Of a stretch of DNA of 64,000 nucleotides, positions 57,882-64,000 are shown one piece after another (within the stretch, counting starts at the first letter, position 1; each line of letters starts with the position of its first letter). Made by a program: the position numbers and the translations under genes. The notes under the pieces are model-generated. The model was given only the letters and a program-made list of their open reading frames with translations, was not told where the DNA came from and did not search any database. The DNA comes from Azolla caroliniana (taxonomy: Eukaryota > Plantae > Polypodiophyta), in assembly GCA_043228905.1 (NCBI GenBank), contig JBHGNT010000017.1:17360001-17424000 (forward strand), given 5' to 3'.

Positions 57882-59254
57882 TAGTTTGTAATAAGCTCTA
57901 AAATGCGGTTTATCACTCTCATTTTAGTTAATTTGAATCTGATTTTGAAACCTCCAGGGAGCATCTGGCAGAAAGAGGTCTTAAACTCCTGTACATTGTT
58001 GATGCTGTATGCGAGTGGGTTTTAGATAAGCTTCCTGAATGGGCAAGATATCTATATGGCACAAATCTAGAACCAGAATCTCTTTGACGTTCAAGATTTT
58101 GATAGCAGATGCCATTGTTTTGACTAGCGCAATTAGAACTAAAACTTCATTGGTATCAATGGGTCGGAGAGACTCTCCAAAAGGAGATACCATTTTGACT
58201 AATACAGTTTAATATAAAAAGCAGACTAAAGTATAAGCAGAGGAGAGTGAAACTAAACAGTCATGAACAGAAGATCAGGATGTTGTTCGTTTCTTGCATG
58301 ACTATCTTTATTGAATCCATTGATGAAACTCTTCATTATGTGTTTTTATTATGGATCGATCATTCCCTCTCAATCACATATGTGTGATTGGGCTTCTTTT
58401 TTATTGCAATCATATATCTATGAGGTGTCCTGTTACAGCTTCCAATTGAGGAGGCTATAGGAATTGATCTTCTTGTTTACCTGAAAAAATACTTTCAACA
58501 AAATCAAGGTCACCTGCTACCATGTGGACATGTTTGTGGAGTATATATAGTATTGCAGAAATTATGCAATTTTAGCCGAACAAGTTTGTAACAATTAGTA
58601 CCAATTACAATAAATGTAGTTGCCTCCCAGTTAGCATTTTTTTTTTTAATGTTTATGACACATCAGAAATGCAAAATATGAATATTTTTAGTACACACGG
58701 ACTTCTAAAGAATTTGCAATAATATGTTGATGTTCGATGTTAACGTTTTCCGGATTATGATAGTGTGCCATATTGGCTATTTGGAGAGGGCTTTTCATCA
58801 CCATGTTATTTAGAGCCATATTTTCGTCCTGAAGCCTTTCTGAAGATTACGATTATGATGGCTTTATTGGACTAAAAAAGAAGATATCTAGATATTAATT
58901 CACTTAACTAACTATTCTGTTTTAAGTTCATGTACATTTGGTTCAGCGCCAAGAGCATCATCATGCCTTGAGACATGAGTCCAGGCCCAAAATATTCTGC
59001 TAATATGCTCAAGAAAATATGCCTTTGGATGGGTGAGAAATGACTAGTGTGTGTATTCTCATCTTGAAACAGTGTAAATATGATGTCTTTTTGCGGAGGA
59101 GTGGATATTAAGAGCTTCTTGTATCTCTTAAGGAATCACTGAAGCAGTATGTTTCAAACGCAATGACTTACTTTTGATCCTTTCAAAATGTGTCTTTTCC
59201 TTGTTTTATATATTCATAGAGGTTGAACACCCATATAAAGATAGAAATAGAGAA

Positions 59255-62200
59255 ATGTCTTCGTCTACGACAAATGGTCTTGGATCCAAAGTTTCTGGTT
59301 TTCTCAAGAGCTTCAAGAAAAAATCAGCATCTGATGATATTCAAACTTTTGAGAGGACAAGAACAGCACCACGTAGGTCTGCTGTTTGTGCAGAGATTAC
59401 ATGTCTAGATGAGAATTTCACCCCGAAGGTAAAATATCCAACATGTCTGTTCCACCTCTAAAATCACATGATATTGAATTTAAAATGATTTAAGTAATGT
59501 ATTTTAATGTGATTATTATCCAATTTTCTGCATCTGGATTCTTCATGTGTCTTAACTTCAACAAGTGGACACAGTTTTATAAACTTTTTATGTGGGTTCA
59601 TGGTGGTCATAATATCAATAGAAGAGTATATGTGATAGGGAGAGCTGAATGTACAAGATCCAAGATAATCCATTGGTTTCAGGTACTAAAACATGGTTTT
59701 CTTGTGAAAGGCACGATCATAGCCTATAATTGATCACTTAGTCTGTACTCGAGATTTGACAAGATAATTTATATAGAAGACTCATAAGTCATATGGCAAT
59801 GTATTAGCAAGATTATGGGATTAGATGTTTAAATACTTTGCTCTAGTGTTGAATTTTTTTGAACTAGATTTTCGCAGCACCTTTTCTTTATCTTTTTCAG
59901 GTAATACCTAAAAGTGATGAAGCAAAACAAAGGCTCCGTGATGCTCTGGAAAAAAACTACTTGTTTAAATCTTTGGATAAAGAGCAGGCAGAAATTGTAT
60001 GCTCAAATTCTGTATTTTCTTGTGCAATAGAAACATGGATTCTTCTCACAATCATCAGTTTTTCATTGATTCATGAATGCATGTTGTTGTTGATATTGAC
60101 TTCACTTAGGTCGTTAATGCTGTAGAAGAGGTTAAATATAATGCTGGTGACCTTATCATCAAACAAGGTGACCCCGGTGATCGTTTTTATCTGTTAGAGG
60201 TTGTGCATTGAATCCTTTTCCTTTCATATATTTGGAATTAAGAATTTATATACTTATAAGTTTCTTGCTATAATTCTTAATGACAAAAATTTGTTGCGAT
60301 GCAAACAGAAAGGAGCTTGTGAAGTGTGGCTGTTAAAACCTGACAAAACTGAACCAGAGATGTTAAAGCGCTATGCACCTGGAGATAGCTTTGGAGAGCT
60401 TGCTCTGCTTTATAATGCACCCCGGGCAGCCACGATAAAGGTGAGTTTCTGGACGTTTCCTTAACTTCCATCATTAAATTTTCTCGTTTTGGTCTAGGTT
60501 TATTATTTTACCCTGACAAAGTTATCATGCAAACAATAGGATTTTGAGTCTTTTTTTACATCTGTTGCTGTTATGTGTTGTTAAACATGTAATTGATATG
60601 ACACATGCATGAATATGTATACGGTTGAACTTGTTAGGGATTCGATAATTTTGCTTGCAACTTATTTTCTTGAATGATATTCTTTGAAAAATTTCTTTTA
60701 TGTGTGTGTGTGTGTATGAAGTAATAATGTATGGATGTATGGAATCTTGCCAATCCTTGCCAATCTTGAATTGCATTGTATAAAATTCTCTATATATGTA
60801 GATACACATTATATGAAGTAATTGTGTGAATGTATTACAGGCAATTGAAAATTGTACACTCTGGGCCATGGACAGAATGACTTTCCGAACTATTCTGCTT
60901 CAGACAACCAGCAATAAAAGGCAGACTTACGAGAAATTTCTGGAGGATGTTCCACTTCTAAAGGTCAATCAAGAATGTAACGATAAAAAGAAGGAAAAAA
61001 AAGAAAAATGTACATGCTTTTGGCATTATAAAAATGAAACTAATTGTTTGAACATATCGTGTATCCTTCATGTCCTTAGAACTATGGATAGGGATTATAG
61101 ACGGCTTCAATGATTTTGTGGCTCATTCTTCTGCTTACTATTTATTTCTGTTTTTTTTTCCTTGTGTAACTTATTTTGTTATATGATTGAATTTTCCAGA
61201 GCCTTGAAAAGTATGAGAAATCTGCGATTGCAGATGTTTTAGAGACAGAGTATTTCGATGCTGGTCAGAACATCGTGGTTGAGGGTCAACCTGGAGATAA
61301 GCTCTACCTGCTTGAAGAGGTATGCCTATCTTGCTTTTACCAGATTATGCTTTGCTATGCAAGTAATGAAAAGAAGATCATAAGTTCTCTTTGATATGTA
61401 AGTATTGAAAAAACTGATCATAAGGTGTCTCCCAGATAAGAATAGATAAAAAGATCAGGTGTTTCCAATACAAGCATCAGAAAATAAATGAATCATAAAG
61501 TGTGTCCCTATATAAGCGTCAGAAAATAAAGAAATCATGGGTATCTCTGATTTAAATATTGGAAAAAAACTCGAAAAGGTCCAAATCGAAAAAAAAGATC
61601 TGTTGTAGTATTGCATCTATCACAAGTACAATGAACATATGCATCATGAGGGATTTGGTCTGGTAATCAGAGGAAGTGCATTTGATGATAGGTTTAATGC
61701 GATCAAAATACCTCTGTTAATGGCTGGAAAACAATGTTATTTCCTAATAGAGATATGGGGTTTCACCAATATGCAAAACACATAGTTATTATGGAACATC
61801 TTTTCTGAGTTGTTATGCAGTACCATGATGCTTAGACCAATTAAAGATGGTGTATGGTGTTGAAAAAAAATTCAATTCTTCCTTTCAAATAGTATGTGTA
61901 GGCTGAAAACATTCTACAAGTCAATAACACATCACACAATGCAACGGATGTTTGTCTATTCTGCCTCCCATGTTCATGTTGTGTGTCATTTTGGATGCAT
62001 GTCTGGTTTATCGGTTTGAAAAATTTCACATCTTGAAAAAAAACCCAGGGTGAGGCAGAAGCCACAAAAGCTGGTGGAAGTGCACTGATGCAATACAAGA
62101 GAGGCGACTATTTCGGTGAACTCGCACTATTGAATAATAAGCCTCGTGCTGCAACAATCCGCGCAATTACGAACTGCAAATGTGCAACTATTGATAGGCA

Positions 62201-62424
62201 AAGTTTCAAGGTGCGCACTTGTTGCAATCCAATCTTCGAAAGAAAAAAGAACTATCTTTTTACAGTTCAAAATGGATAAAAAAAAAGGATTATCATGTTT
62301 AAACTCCTAATCATATTGACTTCTGACATGTTTGTTCTTCTTTGTGTTGTAACAGCGCTTGTTCGGTAAACTAGACGATATTCTAGAGCGCAACAAAAAT
62401 GTATACGGCAATAGTACATCATAA
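59255..62424 (+). CDS. PKAR: cAMP-dependent protein kinase regulatory subunit (PKA-R), ~321 aa
   Basis: Exons 59255-59428, 59901-59996, 60110-60199, 60309-60440, 60841-60963, 61200-61319, 62049-62210 and 62356-62424. Inhibitor site RRSAVCAE, linker PKVIPKSDEAKQRL, two phosphate-binding cassettes (FGELALLYNAPRAAT and FGELALLNNKPRAAT), C-terminal ERNKNVY. Confidence 0.93.
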
Positions 62425-64000
62425 ATCTATATATTGTAGTGATGATTAAACAATGCAATTATGATTTAATTGATCATAGAAAGATTCAGACACTATTTTA
62501 TATTTTGTTTTTTTGGCATATATAAAACAAATAAAAATAAAACCATTTAAAGCTTCCACAAGTTGATATTGTTTGCGTAAAACCTTCCAAAACCATAAAA
62601 GTTTCAATTATATATTTTTGATCTGGTAGTTTTACTTTTGTGTTGCAATTGGATATAGGCCATGTAGTTGTTTGATATTGATAGGCAATGGTTTGTGTGA
62701 ATTGGTGGCAAATTGAATCAATGTTAAAAATCATGTCACATTAACATGCCCTTGAAGCATTGCTAATTTGATATTCTCTTCCTGAGTTGTTTTTTCTCCT
62801 CTTCAGAAGCTACTTTTACACTTACATTTGATAACAACATAATGTTCTCATTTTATACCCTTTCTCAGCCACAAGTTAAATACAATGGGTTATTCCAAGG
62901 TTATTATATTTCAAACTGATTAATTTTACACGTGGTAAGTGTTGTGCTTTCTAGGGTCATCTTGATTTGTTGGCCCTAATTATAGGAATATGCAAATACA
63001 ATAAAGAAATTAGAGAAGTATGCATGCACATTTCAAGAACTACAAACAATGTGTTCGTTCAAAGTTGAGGCTCCCAATCATATGAAAAAGTGCATTTTTG
63101 TAATTTCCCCCTCTTGATACATGTACCCATGAAATGCTCGGGGAAAGAAGATAGGTTGACAATGGTTGTTGCAACTAGAAAATGGTAGAAAACCAAATTC
63201 AAGCTAAATGTAAGCTAACAATTAGAAATAGGTATGTGGAAAGAAGATAGGGTGATAGTGACTTTAGGATTCCTAGTTACTTAAAAAATGTATGTGACAA
63301 ACCAAAACACAAACTTGGCAAGTTAGTACATAGTTTTAGAGCACATATTTAGTTGAACACTCGCAAAACAAAAACTTTTGAGTACATTTGAGTGTCAAGC
63401 ATGTGGGGTGGTTACCACACAACATTGAGTTGTGATATCGACATTACTGCACATATGCTTCTTGAAAATTACATGAAACAAACTTATTCAAATTAGTGGA
63501 GATATGCATTGATTTCATGACACAATGCTATCAAATGAAAATAGTTGGCATGGAAGGACGAATGAATAATTCCTATAAATAGGAGGAGAGGCATCAATAC
63601 TCTTCAACAAGTAGTGTAGCGTAGATGAACTTCACTAAGATACCATGAAAGTTAGTTCTCCTAATGAATCTTCAATCCTTGATGATGTTAGAGGGATATG
63701 AAGAGTGTATTATTATTATATCTAATATAATCATTGTAATCTTTCCAAGGGCTTAGTGATGTGAATGTGCATTAACATTCTTCAAGAGATATCTCCAACT
63801 CAATTGTTGTGATATTGACCTCCATGGTAGCGATAGTGTGGATGACATTCGCGAAGTTTTCATGTACCCTAGATTATAATCTTAAATCTAGAGTTTAACT
63901 GAGAGCAATGGTTACCATTAGATAACCACATCTTATTAGGACCCACATTCTGCATGGTCATGTCTTCACATCAACATTGATCCAACTATGATCCAACTCC

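Noticed and set aside
63000-64000. Possible retroelement remnant or LTR near the window end
   Set aside because: Only a TATA-like motif and vague peptide echoes are present, with no termini or convincing motif.

Overview
This is land-plant nuclear DNA, probably from a fern or other seed-free plant, since it carries a PKA regulatory subunit, TTTAGGG repeats and Copia/LINE elements. Seven spliced genes could be reconstructed by hand: a 5'-partial GH31 YihQ/sulfoquinovosidase-like glycosidase (+), plastid DEAD-box helicase RH3 (+), a CYP72-clan P450 (-), CstF-64 (-), a 17.6-kb gdhA-type glutamate dehydrogenase-like gene (-), a long single-HMG-box protein (+) and a cAMP-dependent protein kinase regulatory subunit (+). 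The GDH-like introns hold an intact young Copia element (matching LTRs, TSD, PBS), a related solo LTR, LINE fragments and a near-perfect 4x238-bp array. A pogo/Tc1-mariner-type non-autonomous element lies at 51.4-52.7 kb. The top candidate for an undescribed system is the GDH-like protein. It fuses an NLS and a TTF-type (hAT-like) C2H2 zinc finger to a GDH fold whose catalytic and substrate-binding lysines are substituted, which suggests a nuclear metabolite-sensing pseudoenzyme. All exon boundaries were read by eye, family comparisons are from recall, and no searches were run.
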